From Heptranchias perlo (Eukaryota), in assembly GCF_035084215.1 (NCBI RefSeq), contig NC_090333.1:27466001-27530000 (forward strand): a stretch of DNA of 64,000 nucleotides, given 5' to 3'. The position numbers were made by a program, and so were the translations under genes. Shown piece after piece: positions 1 through 12,497 of the stretch (positions are counted from its first letter, which is position 1; each line of letters opens with the position of its first letter). Under the pieces are notes generated by a model. That model saw only the letters and a list, made by a program, of their open reading frames with translations. It made no database searches and was not told the DNA's origin.

Positions 1-87
1 TACTTCGCCGAGAGAAGCCGCGCCCACTCTACCGGAAGTGGCGTCAGATGCTCCGCTCGAAGGCGATGAGGAGGGTGACGCCGCCAT
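1..87 (-). CDS. Probable first coding exon of an unidentified minus-strand gene running off the left edge (MAASPSSSPSSGASDATSGRVGAASLGEV...)
   Basis: CpG-rich. The minus strand reads AAGATGGCGGCG (good Kozak context, overlapping a YY1-type motif) with ATG at 87-85, and the frame is open for 29 codons to position 1. An ETS/GABP-type ACCGGAAGTG lies at 31-40. Protein not recognised. Confidence 0.45.
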   Translation of the reverse strand, partial: MAASPSSSPSSGASDATSGRVGAASLGEV

Positions 88-380
88 CTTAGTAAAGGAG
101 GAGTCCCGGCTGCGTGTCAGTGACGCCACCCTCACACGGAAAAGGCCCTCCGGCTTTCGAGTCAGAGCACGTGATAGAGGGGTTTAAACGTTGAAGCCAC
201 ACAGAAGAGGCATGTGCTGGGGGGGAGGGGGGAGAGTGTTGGGTTTGCAGAGAGTGGGTGTGGTGTCAAGTGTGAATTCCAGGTAGCAGTCACAGCAATT
301 CCTTGTTATTGGAATCTGCTTTACAAGGTAGATATATCGATTTTTAATGAAAAAAAAATCTTGATTTAAAGGGTTGTTAA

Positions 381-1500
381 CATAACAAATGAGAGCAGGA
401 GTAGGCTATACCGCCCCTCGAGCCTGCTCCACCATTCAATAAGATCATGGCTGATCTAGGATCTCAACTCCACTTTCCCGCCCGATCCCCATATCCCTTG
501 ATTGTCCAAAAATATATCGATCTCAGTCTTGAATTTACTCTCAACGACTGAACATCCACAGCCCTCTGGGGTAGAGAATTTCAAAGATTTACAACCCTCT
601 GAGTGAAGAAATTTTTCCTCATCTTGGTCCTAAATGGCCAACCCCTTATCTTGAGACTATGACCCCTAGGTCTAGACTCTCCAGACAGGGGAAACAGCCT
701 CTCAGCATTTACCCTGTCAAGCCCTCTTAAGAATTTTATACATTTCAATGAGATTACCTCTCATTCTTCTAAACTCCAGAGAATATAGGCCCATTCTACT
801 TAATCTCAGGACAACCCTCTCATCCCAGGAATCAATCTAGTTGCAACCCCTCCAAGGCAAGTATATCCTTCCATAGATAAGGAGACCAAAACTACACAGT
901 ACTCCAGGTGTCTCACCAGAGCTCTATACAATTGCAGCAAGACCTCCTTACTCTTATACTCCAAGCCCCTTGCAATAAAGGTTAACATACCATTTACCTT
1001 CCTAATTGCTTGCTGTACCTGCTTGTTAACTTTCTGTGTTTTGTGTACAAGGACACCCAAATCCCTCTGAACACCAACAATTCTTAGTCTCTCACCTTTT
1101 AAGAAATATTCTGCTTTTCTATTCTTCCTACCAAAGTGGATCATTTCACATTTCCCCACATTATACTCCATCTGCCACCTTCTCGCCCATTTACTTAACC
1201 TGTCTATGTCCCTTTGCAGCCTCTTTGCGTCCTCTTCACAGCTTACTTTTCACTTAGCTTTGTATCGTCAGTAAGCCTGGATACATTACACTTAGTCCCC
1301 TCATCTAAGTCATTGATGTAGATTGTAAACAGTCCAAGCACTGATCCTTGCAGCACCCCAATAGTTACAAACTGCCAACCCAAAAATGACCCGTTTATTC
1401 CTACTCTTTTTTTTCTGTCCGTTAACTAATCCTCAATCCATGCTAATATATTACCCCCAATCTCATGAGCACTAATCGTATGCAACAACAATCCAAATAT
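381..1500 (-). mobile_element. CR1-clade LINE, 3' fragment (RT C-terminus and 3' tail), degenerate
   Basis: ORF 806-1171 MEYNVGKCEMIHFGRKN...LQLYRALVRHLEYCV is typical CR1 ORF2 C-terminus; CR1-type 3' tail near 381-480. Confidence 0.9.
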
Positions 1501-1504
1501 ACTA

Positions 1505-4110
1505 CATAAGTAACATTAAGATAGAAACAGAATCCATATGGGTTGAGACAAAGGATAAGAAGGGATTGATCACGTTAATAGGTTTATTCTACAGACCACC
1601 TAATAGTGGAAAGGAAGTGGAGGATGAAATATGTAGATAAATCTATGAAATGAGTAAAAAACATTGAATAATTATAATATTAAACTGGCAAGAAGAGGTA
1701 GGGAAAGGAGAAAAGGGAATCGAGTTTTTAGAGAGTGTACAGGACTCCTTTCTTACCCAGTAGGTGAGAAGCCCTAGAAGAGAGGAATCACTGCTGGATC
1801 TGGTAATGGGAAATGAACCAGAATAGAAAAGCGAAGTAAGCAAAGGGGAACATCTAGGCAATAGCGATCATAACATAATACGGTTTCAAATAATGATTGA
1901 GAATGACACAAGTAAGACAAAGACCAAAGTAGTAGATTGGAAAAAAAGCTAATTTTGAGGGGGTGAGAATGCAACGAGGAAAACATTTTGACAAACAAAG
2001 AAATGGAACAGCAGTGGGTAATATTTAAAATGGTGATCAATAGAGTTCAGAAGAAGTATATTCCTCTAAAAAGAAAGAAGAAACTAGCCAATAATGAAAC
2101 ACCATGGATGAATAAAGAGATAAGGGTAAAATTGAAACTAAAGAAAAATGCTTACTCCAAGCATATAGACAATAAAGGAGAGGATGACAAAAGGGAATAC
2201 AAGGAGGTTAGGAAAGAAGTTTAAAAAAAACAATGAGGAAAGCAAAGAGAAACTATGAGATTAAATTATCAAGGAATATAAAAAGAAATAGTAAAATATT
2301 CTACAGACACATAAATAACAAAAGAAAAATCAGAATAAGGATAGGGCCACTAAAGGATGCACAAATAAACTCACAGGTAACGACAGCAAAATGGCAGAAA
2401 TACTGAATAGTTACTTTGCCTCTGTATTTACCAGGGAGACTAACAAGGTGGGCAGGACATTAGAAGAAGAGATCAAAAAAGATATTAAAACATTTAAAAG
2501 AGAAAGGGCGGAGATAATTGAAAAACTATTCAAACTTAGGGAGGATAAGACCCCTGGATTGGATGGATTGCATCTGTGAATATTAAAAGAAGTTAGGGAG
2601 GAGATAGCAGAGGCACTGTTACATATATATAAAAATTCACTAGAAAAGGGAATAGTGCCAGAGGACTGGTGGACAGCTAATGTTATTCCAATATTTAAAA
2701 AGGGAGATGGAACAAGTTCAGGGAACTATAGACCAATTAGTTTAACATCAGTGGTAGGAAAGATAATGGAATCTTTACTCAAAGATGTAATAGGAAGACA
2801 TCAAGAGAATGAAAATACAATAAAGAATAGTCAGCACTGATTTCAGAAGGGAAAATCATGCTTGACCAACCTTATTGAATTCTTTGAAGAAGTAACAAAG
2901 AGTAGACAAGGATAATGCAGCAGATGTAATATATTTGGATTTTCAAAAGACCTTCGATAAGGTATTGCATTATAGACTCATGGCTAAGGTCAGAGCATGT
3001 GGAGTCAGGGGACAGTTAGCAGAATGGGTAGCAAGTTGGCTACAAAACAGAAAACAGAGAGTAGGGCTTAAGGGTATCTACTCAAACTGGCAAAAGGTGA
3101 GAAGTGGTGTTCCACAGGGATCTGTGCTGGGACCACTGTTGTTCACAATTTAACAATTTGGATTCGGCAATTGGAAGTCCAATTTCAAAATTTGTGGACG
3201 ACACCAAATTGGGGGGTGTACATTTGGAAAAATGCGTCAAAGGAAGAGTGCGTCAAAATGCAAGAGGACCATAATAAACTTGCAGAATGGACATGCAATT
3301 GGCAAATGAATTTCAATATAGATAAGTGTTTGGTGGTGCATTTTGGTAGGAAGAATAAGGAGGCTACATACTGCTGGGATAATAAGAGTCTAAATGGGGT
3401 AGAGGAGCAAAGGGATGTAAGGGTACAGATATACATAATCACTAAAAGTAGCGACGCAGGTTAATAAAGCAAGTCAAGCGCTTGGGTTCATTTCTAGAGG
3501 ATAGAATTGAAAACCAGAGAAGTTATGTTAAACTTGTATCGAACCTTTGTTAGACCACACTTGGTGTACTGTACACAGTTCTGATCGCTGTATTATAAAA
3601 AGGATATAGAGGCACTGGAGAAGGTGAAAAGATTTATAAGGATGATACCAGAGCTGAGAAGATATACTTATCAGGAAAGGCTGAATAGGCTGGGGCTCTT
3701 TTCTCTAGAAAAGAGAAGGCTGAGGGGTGACCTAATAGAGGTCTTTAAGATAATGATAGGGTTTGATAGGGTAGACGTGGAGAAAATGTTTCCACCTGTG
3801 GGGGAGTCTAAAACCAGACGTCATAAATATAAAATAGTCGCTAATAAATCCAATAGGGAATTCAGGAGAAACTTCTTCACCCAAAAAGTCGTAAGAACAT
3901 GGAACGTACTACCACAAGGAGTAGTTGAGGCAACTAGCATAGATGCATTTAAGGGGAACCAAGATAAGCTCATGAGGGAGAAAGGAATAGAAGGGTATCC
4001 TGATAGGTTTAGATTAAGTAGGGATGGAGGAGGCTCATGTGGAGCATAAATGCCGGCATGGACCAGTTGGGCTGAATGGCCTGTTTCTGTGCTGTAGTTT
4101 CGATGTAATT
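1505..4110 (+). mobile_element. CR1-clade LINE, 5'-truncated (endonuclease end, RT, 3' tail), frameshifted
   Basis: Broken ORFs with [58 protein letters not shown]; 3' tail ending about 4110. Confidence 0.92.
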
Positions 4111-4334
4111 CTCTGTTACTCAAATGGCTCTTCTTAACCTTCAATGTTCGAGTTGCTATTCTTAAGATCATAGGTTTTAAAATTGAGGTCTCCAGACAAT
4201 AGGAGATCCCAGGATGGTGGTGGGGGGGGATGGTCTCCCAGGTTTTCAGATTTCTCTGTTTCCAGACCTGCATTTTATTTTTGCTACTGTATTTCTCTCT
4301 AATATTTTTTAAGTCTGTCACACTTCAGATATCC

Positions 4335-4525
4335 AAAAAGCTACAAATGCTGGAAACGCTCAGCAAGTCAGGCAGCACCTGTGGAGGCATTCGACAAATT
4401 GACGTTTCAGGTCTGGACCTTGCAGACTTGGTGAAGAATGGTCCACACCTGATATGTCAACTTGTTAGTTCTCTCCACAGACACTATCTGACTTGCTTGA
4501 TACCAGCATTGTCTGTTTTTGTTTC
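4335..4525. repeat. Palindromic Penelope-like element remnant
   Basis: AAATGCTGGAAACGCTCAGCAAGTCAGGCAGCACCTGTGGA at the left end is mirrored in inverted orientation at 4470-4520. Related copies at 18655-18800, 46920-47060 and 52250-52640. Confidence 0.6.
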
Positions 4526-4585
4526 AACTGAAATTGGGGTTGCCAACTCTGGTTGGATGCATTCCTGGAGGTTTGCTCATGTGAT

Positions 4586-4810
4586 CATAGAATCATAGAA
4601 TGGTTACAGCACAGAAGGAGGCCATTCGGCCCATCGTGCCTATGCTGGCTCTCTGCAAGAGCAATGCAGCTAGTCCCACTCACCCGCCCTTTCCCCGTAG
4701 CCCTGCAATTTTTTTCTCTTCAAGCATTTACCCAGTTCCCTTTTGAAAGCCACAATTGAATCTGTCTCCATCACCCCCTCGGGCAGTGTATTCCAGATCA
4801 TAACCACCCG
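4586..4810 (-). mobile_element. CR1-family 3'-end fragment nested in the hAT element
   Basis: Starts with the ATCATAGAATCATAGAA tail followed by GGAGGCCATTCGGCCC; a similar fragment lies at 5582-5910. Confidence 0.7.
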
Positions 4811-4929
4811 CGATTCGGTTCACTGATGTCCATTTACTGATGTCCAATCACTGATATCTGATCACGTGACGTCTGACCAGGTGACAACTGCAAATGTTAT
4901 TTTGTTTACTATATAAAGGTTGAGCTCAC

Positions 4930-5004
4930 TGTAGTTGAGTATCTTTGCTCATGGTTTTGCGTCAGCAGCTGTATCGCAAGAAATTCCGAGAACCAGGAGA
5001 CCAC
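4930..5004 (-). other. Candidate 75-nt internal exon containing an ATG (MSKDTQL...)
   Basis: Minus strand: long pyrimidine tract ...TTTCCCTTCTTTGCCTGCTCACAG|G at 5005/5004, AAAACCATG with ATG at 4952, and donor ACA|GTGAGC at 4930/4929. Confidence 0.45.
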
Positions 5005-5914
5005 CTGTGAGCAGGCAAAGAAGGGAAACGGAGGGCGGGGAAAAACAGAGGTGGGAGGAGCTCTGATTTCACCAGTAACTAATAGTAATTCACTGAAGTT
5101 GCACCAATATCTAATAGTCATACTAGTAACACTCAGATTCCCCTCATAGCAAACAGGAATGCAGTAGCTCACTCATAGTCTATATATAACTGGTAGTAAT
5201 CGGTGTAATGCCCTAATATCCTACCTGTAATGAGTAGTAATCCTATAACCCGTTGATATTCACCCCAAAACGACAGTCAATGCCGCTCCCCAGTCGATGC
5301 CCCTTTTATTAGGCCCCACCTCTCTCTAATTCCTTGGACTCTGGTTTGGACTCGGATTCCGTGTGAAGGTAACAACTCTGAACTGGGAGCCTCAGTCAGA
5401 ATTGATCTGTACACGTTAAAACAGACCAGTACAGACCGACCTAAACCAAATCGAGCGATTGTACAAAAGGCAGTGGGCTCAGTGTTTGCGGCACTTCTCA
5501 CAGGGCACATTGTCCTAAACTCAGCTCAGCATCAACATTTCGAAACCACTCCCTGGGCTCAGGGTCAATAAAGGAGAGTTTTCATAGAATGATAGAAATT
5601 ACAGCACGGGAGGAGGCCATTCGGCCCCAGGTGCCTTTGCCACTGCTGACGCTCACTCCTGTAACCCCATTCCCACCCCCCAGATCCATTTATATTCCTC
5701 CTTTTCAAATATTTATCCCATTCCCTTTTAAATAATGTTCTAGTCTCTATGTCAATAGAGATTGTGGTGAAGCATCCCATGGGATAATAACCCTCAATTG
5801 AAGAACCTTCCTTCATCCTTCCAGTGAGATCATCCAGTGAGAATGCTCAGTCTCTGTCCCCTTGTTCCACATTTGCCCACCAGTGGAAACGATCATTCAC
5901 TGTTTACCTGCAGT

Positions 5915-6405
5915 AGAAAGAAAGAAAGAAAGAAAGATTTGTATTTATATAGGGCCTTTTATGACCTCAGGACGCCTCAAAGTGCTTTACAGCAAAAAAA
6001 TACTTTTTGAAGTGTATTCACTGTTGTAATGTAGGAAACATGGAAGCCAATTTTGCACACAGCAAGGTCCTACAAACAGCATTGTGATAAATAGATCATC
6101 TGTTTTAGGTGTTGGTTGAGGGATAAACATTGGCCAGAAGAACTTCCATGCTCTTCTTCGAATATTCGAAGAAGAGCATGGAAGTTCTTCTGGCCAATGG
6201 GATCTTTTATGTCCACCTGAGAGCACGGGTGGGTACTTGGTTTAACATCTTGTCCAAAAGACGGCACCTCTGACAGTGCAGCACTCCCTCAGTACTGCAC
6301 CAAAGTGCCAGCCTAGATCGTGTGCTCAAGTCTCTGGAGTGGGCCTTGAACCCAAAATCTTCTGAGTCAAAGGCGAGTGTGCTACCAACTGAGCCACAGC
6401 TGATG
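5915..6405 (-). mobile_element. tRNA-derived Deu-domain-type SINE (SacSINE1-like)
   Basis: (AAAG)n tail, conserved TTTATATAG...CTCAGGACG...AAGTGTA(G/T)TCACTGTTGTAATGTAGGAAAC block, and a tRNA-like head at the 6330-6400 end. Several copies in the window. Confidence 0.7.
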
Positions 6406-6719
6406 AAGGTTTCACTCACCACTCCCACTCACCACGTTGCTGCTGCTGCTGCTGCCGGTTCTTCAAAAATTGTTAGTCCCCACGCCCTCCCCAGTCTACC
6501 GCTCACCACCCCCCGACGCAAGCCCCAATCCCCCGACCCACATTCTTCCTCTCTACTCGATCCACATTCACCCTCTCTCTCCGATCCCCATTTCACCCCA
6601 ACCCCCATTCCCCAGTCTCCCTCACCCCCCCCCCCTACATCCCCCGGACTCCCAAGCCCCCCCACCAACTTCAGATTATTCCCGGCACACCAGCCAATTC
6701 TGGCTCTTTGCAGCAGGAG

Positions 6720-6830
6720 GGGGAGATGACGTAAAGAAGCCAGAGGTATCTCTGCGGCAGCAGCCAGTGACGTCACGGAGTGGGGGAGGGGGGCGGTGGT
6801 CGCGCTACTGCGGCAGGAAATTTAAAGCAC
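6720..6830. promoter_or_regulatory. CpG-rich promoter-like segment with CRE motifs and a GC box
   Basis: TGACGTAA 6727-6734, palindromic TGACGTCA 6768-6775, GGGGGCGG near 6790. Minus-strand donors G|GTGAGT at 6433/6432 and 6420/6419 lie downstream. Confidence 0.5.
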
Positions 6831-8899
6831 AAAGACCTCCTGGGCTGCTCGGGAGATCCATGCTCCATTCTAGGAGACTCCAGGGCAATCCGGGAGGGTT
6901 GGCAACCCTATCTGAAATTCCTCTCTGTTATTTTATTTTAAATGGATTAACGCTGCCACTAAAACAGTGGAGAGAGGAACTTCAGGCAAATATGTCAATT
7001 GTTTATACATTAATGTTCCGCAGCATTTTCAGGAACTTCAAATCAATTAAGAGGCAATTGAATACTGAGATGGGGTGGGGAACCATAGCTTTGTCTGTAC
7101 AGACTAAACCTATTCTCAGCCTCCACACATTCACACTTCCAGTAAGGGTCACTGGATAGTAATCAGGTGCAGGAGCCCCGACTGATTTTCAAATACCTAA
7201 CCCAAGGGCACTCAAGCCAACTATAGCTATCATATTGTGGGTCTGGCTCAGAGCAGTGGACAGCATACACTGATGATCGATATCGAGACCTTCGTAGTGT
7301 GTATGACTCAGTTATTCACTAAATAATCTTGAACAGCTATTGGGATCTTGGAAGTGTTAATGTCAGCAGATGATATAGTCATTAACTCAACAGTGCTTTA
7401 TTTTTGTATAAGGAGAGGGGGTCCTAAATTAAATGAGTTTGGGCACTCTCAATGAAACACCTTTTGCTCTGGTCTACTTTTACTGCTGTATACCTGATCC
7501 AGGCATATTACTTCTTCGGAGAAATTGTTTGAAATTCAAAGGGGAAAATATCCTTAACACTCAAGAATTTATGAGTGTTCAACAACTCTGGCACAGATGC
7601 AGTGAGCTCTGTGGTCTTTGAGGTTTACATATTCCATGTAACATCTCATCCTAAAAGTTGCACTTGGAGGCTTCATATTGCTTACTAACGAACAAGAGCA
7701 AACTCCTCTGATTCATTCAAAGAAACAGTTCCTTTCCAAGAAACTGCTGGAAAAATTAAAGCAGCATTCTAAAACATGTATAGTTACTCCTTATGGACTA
7801 TTTTCAGTTCTCTTATATGACTATTGTGCTGTTTAATATTTTACATGTATATTTTTACTTCTGTGAATCAAATCTTTTATTGTAAATAAATTTCACCAAT
7901 AGTTTAGCCTGCACAAAATGGTCTAGAGTTGTGATGTTTTCTATCTTCTGAATTAGCAGAAAATATAATGGGCATCCTATGTGTTCTCCAGTAAGCAATT
8001 TACTTTGATTGGAATTAATTGTTCGACCTGGGCTCTGTGAATGCTTTGCGCTGAAGAATAAAAAATACCAGCTTCAGCTGGTAGGGAATGCGGTCTGCTT
8101 ACAGAAACATTCGGCAAGCTGTTCACACAAGAAAAAGTATTGGAGAAAGCCTGAAGTGTATTGCCTGATGACACATTAGTTGAACAAAGTAGAAAACTGT
8201 TCTGTTCTGCAACAACTCAATCACCAAAAGTTCACCAAAAATATAAATGAAAACAAATGAACTTTGGAATATAGAGGTATTGATTTTCTGAGTGAATCAT
8301 TGTTAAAACTGTGTGGAGGGATAAGCTCCATTGGGTCAAATGTCTGGTTCTTTTTCTTGGTTTGTCTTAATGCTCAATTGTGTGCGTGCTTAATTTAGCT
8401 CCCTCACACTATTAGCTTCAACAGCTGTTTTGCAGCCAGCTTTCGTTAAACAGATAAATCTACCCAAATAAATATTCCTGGGATTTCTTGCCCAGTACAT
8501 CTCAGTGATGTGTTTACTTTGAACCCAAATGTACTGCCAATAGGGGTTATCACACATTAAAACATGTAGGCAGTTAGTCAAGAAATCTCATGCACACAAA
8601 ATGCATCGTGTTTAATGAATGGCCACTCTGGAGCTGTCCAACAGGAATTATACAGACACCATTCAGGAAATATTTTATTACAGCAGAAACCCTTATGTAG
8701 AACACTGCCACATCAAGATAACTTGCAACTATAATATCTTAAGAGGTCTCTGTATCTTACCACCCAAATATTATTATGGCTGATTTTTGGAATGTATTTA
8801 ACAGATTGTATTTCTTTACCACTTACTATCAGAGCAATTTCACTTACCATGATGTGTCTTGGCTTGGGAAATTTAGAGAACAAACACATTATTAATATA

Positions 8900-9298
8900 A
8901 AGATTATGTAGCACCTTATCACCTCAGGATATCTCAAAGTGCTTTGCATTCGATCAAGTAGTTTTGAAGTGTAATCTGTTATATAGGCAAACGTATGAAC
9001 CAATTTAAACTCAGGAAGAACTAACAAACAACAAATGAGTGACTAGTTAATCTGTTTTTGGTGGTGTTGGTTGAACGAGGAAGGATGCTACAGCTCCCTA
9101 CTTTTTTTCGAATAGTGCAATTTAAATCCACCTGAATAGACAAATGAAGCCACAGTTTACTATGTCCCCTGAAAGGTAGCAGCTCTGACAATGCAGCATC
9201 CCTTCAGTATTGCACAGGAGTGTCAGCCTGGATTATATGTTCAAGCCCTGGATTGGGGCCTGACTCAAAGGCAAGAGTGCTGCCAACTAGCGAGCTGA
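8900..9298 (-). mobile_element. Deu-type SINE copy, diverged
   Basis: Same blocks as 5915-6405 (ACCTCAGGA...AAAGTGCTTT...TGACAATGCAGCATCCCTTCAGTATTGCAC). Confidence 0.6.
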
Positions 9299-11228
9299 CA
9301 TTTGTACATTGATAATAATCAGAGAGCACTAATTCCCTTTACCAAGATCCAGAAATCGCGCCCTTCCTGTTTTCTATTGCCTGCTGCATTGTCTCATTGG
9401 ATGCCCCTCATTTTATTTTTGAGATCTTGGGTACTAACATAGCTTTTATTTACTTCATTTTGGATCATTTTGGAGAAAAATTTATAATGTTACACAAAAT
9501 ACTAAACTATAGGCCTAAAATCACACTTCTAAGTACAAAAATAATGGGAGATTTGCTTATTGAGAGTATTTTCTTCTTGTTCTCCCAGGGCCATGTACCA
9601 GTCATTGCTACCTGGTGACCCTGCTCCAGAGTCCTTGCTGTGCTGCTGTTAGCCAGCAAATAGGAGGTAAATGAGTGCAAGTTGGAGGCAAATTTCTCTG
9701 ATTGTTGATAAGTCTAAAAAATGAGACATGCAAAAAATGGTGAGTGTGGTGCCTTTCTGCCTTTATCTGATTGTTCCCATAAAACAAATACTGTTTAGTG
9801 TATGTGAATCAATATTTGAGCAAGTATGCCCTGTAAGCCAATGTTATTAACATACAGCCCTTTAACTTTCTAACACAGAGACAAGAAAAAATACTGAACT
9901 TTTTGAAAACTTCAATATCAATTTTACTCCAAAATAAAAGTATTTTATATTAAAGAAAAGACTACATTCACAAACTTGACTGTCTTGCACCTTAAGTTCC
10001 TGGTTACTGTTCTAGCATAGGATACCCTAGTAGTTATTATACATTTTTTTTGGTAGATTTTTCTTCTTACATTTTTGTGCTCATCAAAGTGAGGGATATT
10101 ACATAGTATTTTATAGCATTTACAGCGCAGAAATGGGTCATTTGGCCCAACAGTTCTAGGTTGGTGTTTATGCTCCACACGAACCTCCTCCCACCTTACT
10201 TTAATCTCACCCTGTCAACAAAATGGAACTCTTCCCGTTTCAGGCACCCATTGTCAGAATCGGCCACTCTACTCTGGCTCAAAAACAGGCTACAGCCACA
10301 ACCTCAGAAGACCACCTCCTTTCTGCAATAACATGATTTTTTTGTTCTATTTTCCCACCAGTCATCGTATGATGTCTCTGAGTAAGACTGCCAAGTAGGG
10401 GAAGGTTTTCTTCCGTAAGCCCATGCCCATTATGAACTAGATTGAGACTGCCTAAGCTTATTTCACATGGAACTTGTACAGCTAGCAGACAGAGGAGACA
10501 TTCATCTTATCATTCTCAGATGAATTTGAATCCAGGTCCAAGAGATAAAAGACCAGTGTCTAATCTACTGCAAAACCCCGTTCCCCTGTTCTAGCTTGAC
10601 TTTAAAAAAAAACTTGTGTCAGTAAAACCATGGTATATTAAGAAATCTGTATTTTTCCCTCCCTGTAAATGTGAAATGAGTTTGGCAGTCTCACTATATT
10701 CCTAGTGGGATGGGTCCATAACACAAAATTCTCACTAATTTGGTATTAATTGGCAACCTCACTCAGAGAGGCTAATAATGGTTAATGTGGGAAATGGAAA
10801 AGAATGTCACAATGGTGCAGTAGGATGTGGTCTTCCGGGGTTGGGACTGTGGTATCCCCACCCTAGTGCTGCCCATAAAACCTACTTTGGGTCAACTGCT
10901 TGGACTCTGCAATGTCTTGTAGATTCCTCTTGAGCGATCCTGAATGGTCTGGTACAATGTTCTAGTCCTTACATCATAATGTCAGTTCCAAGTGGCATCT
11001 CTAAGTGTGTGATGACAGGACGGAAAGAGGAGCACAAGAATCAGCTGAGCAGGATGGAGCCAGGTGTTGCCCTTGTGTTGGAGGTTGGGAAATCAAGAAC
11101 AGAAAAGTCACCATACAGAAAAATAGGCAACATCAAGGGCTGGAAGGAGAAAAAGAAAATGTAAGTATCAAGAGAACTCATTGTACAGTTCAGGGAGACA
11201 CCAAGCTACCTTCTGAAGAAGACACCTT

Positions 11229-12497
11229 ATGAAAGGGAAATCATGTTTGACAAACCTATTGGAGTTCTTTGAGGATGTAACTAGTAGACTAGATAAGGGG
11301 GAACCAGTGGATGTGGTCTATTTGGATTTTCAGAAGGCTTTTGATAAGGTCCCACACAGGAGGTTGGTGAATAAAGTTAGAGCACATGGAATTGGGGGTA
11401 ATATACTGACATGGATTGAGAATTGGTTAACAGACAGAAAACAGAGTGTAGGAATAAACTGGTCTTTTTCAGGTTGGCAGACTAGTGGGGTACCGCAGGG
11501 ATCGGTGCTTGGGCCCCAGCTATTCACAATCTATATCAATGATTTGGATGAGGGGTCCAAATGTAATATTTCCAAGTTTGCTGGTGACACAAAACTAGGT
11601 GGGAATGTGAGTTGTGAGGAGGATGCAAAGAGGCTTCAATGGGACATAGACAGGCTAAGTGAGTGGGCAAGAACTTGGCAGATGGAATATAATGTGGAAA
11701 AATGTGAAGTTATCCACTTTGGTAGGAAAAACAGAAATGCAGAGTATTTTTTAAATGGTGAGAGATTGGCAAATGTTGATGTTCAAAGGGACCTGGGTGT
11801 CCTTGTACATGGGTCACTGAAAGCTAACATGCAGGTGCAACAAGGAATTGAGAAGGCAAATAGTACTTTGGCTTTTATTACAAGAGGATTTGGGTGCAGG
11901 ATGTCACTGCAATTATATAGGGCCTTGGTGAGACCACACCAGGAGTATTGAGTACAATTTTGATCTCCTTACCTAAGAAAGGATATATTTGCCATAGAGG
12001 GAGTGCAACGAAGGTTCACCAGACTGATTCCTGGGATAGCGGGATTGTCGTATGAAGAGAGATTGAGCAGACTAGGCCTGTATTCTCTAGAGTTTGGAAG
12101 AATGAGAGGTGATCTCATTGAAACATAGAAAATTCTTACAGGGCTCGACAGGGTGGATGCAGGGAGGATGTTTCCCCTGGCTGGGGAGTCTAGAACCAGG
12201 GGTCACGGTCTCAGAATAAAGGGTAGGCCATTTAGGACTGAGATGAGGAGAAATTTCTTCACTTAGAGAGTGGTGAATCTTTGGAATTCTCTACCCCAGA
12301 GGGCTGTGGAGGCTCAGTCATTGAGTACATTCAAAGCAGAGATTGATAGATTTCTAGATATTAAAGGCATCAAGAGATATGGAGATAGTGCAGGAAAATG
12401 GCCTTGAGGTAGAAGATCAGCCATGATCTTGTTGAATGGCGGAGCAGGCTCGAGGGGCCAAATGGCCTACTCCTGCTCCTATTTCTTATGTTCTTAT
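11229..12497 (+). mobile_element. CR1-clade LINE, 5'-truncated RT and 3' tail
   Basis: 240-aa ORF KGKSCLTNLLEFFE...[11 protein letters not shown]...[10 protein letters not shown]...KFAGDTKLG; tail ...TTCTTATGTTCTTATG. Confidence 0.95.

Larger units (their letters stand above)
4535..6910. mobile_element. hAT-type non-autonomous DNA transposon expanded to 2.4 kb by internal sequence
   Basis: TIRs TGGGGTTGCCAAC (4535) and GTTGGCAACCCTA (ends 6910); 8-bp flanks ACTGAAAT (4527-4534) and TCTGAAAT (6911-6918). Subterminal sequences match short copies at 37577-37941 and 59582-59778. Confidence 0.7.

Noticed and set aside
6322-7159. Pro-rich or Gly-rich ORFs of 115-240 aa
   Set aside because: Low-complexity C-rich DNA running across SINE and hAT ends; no recognisable domain.
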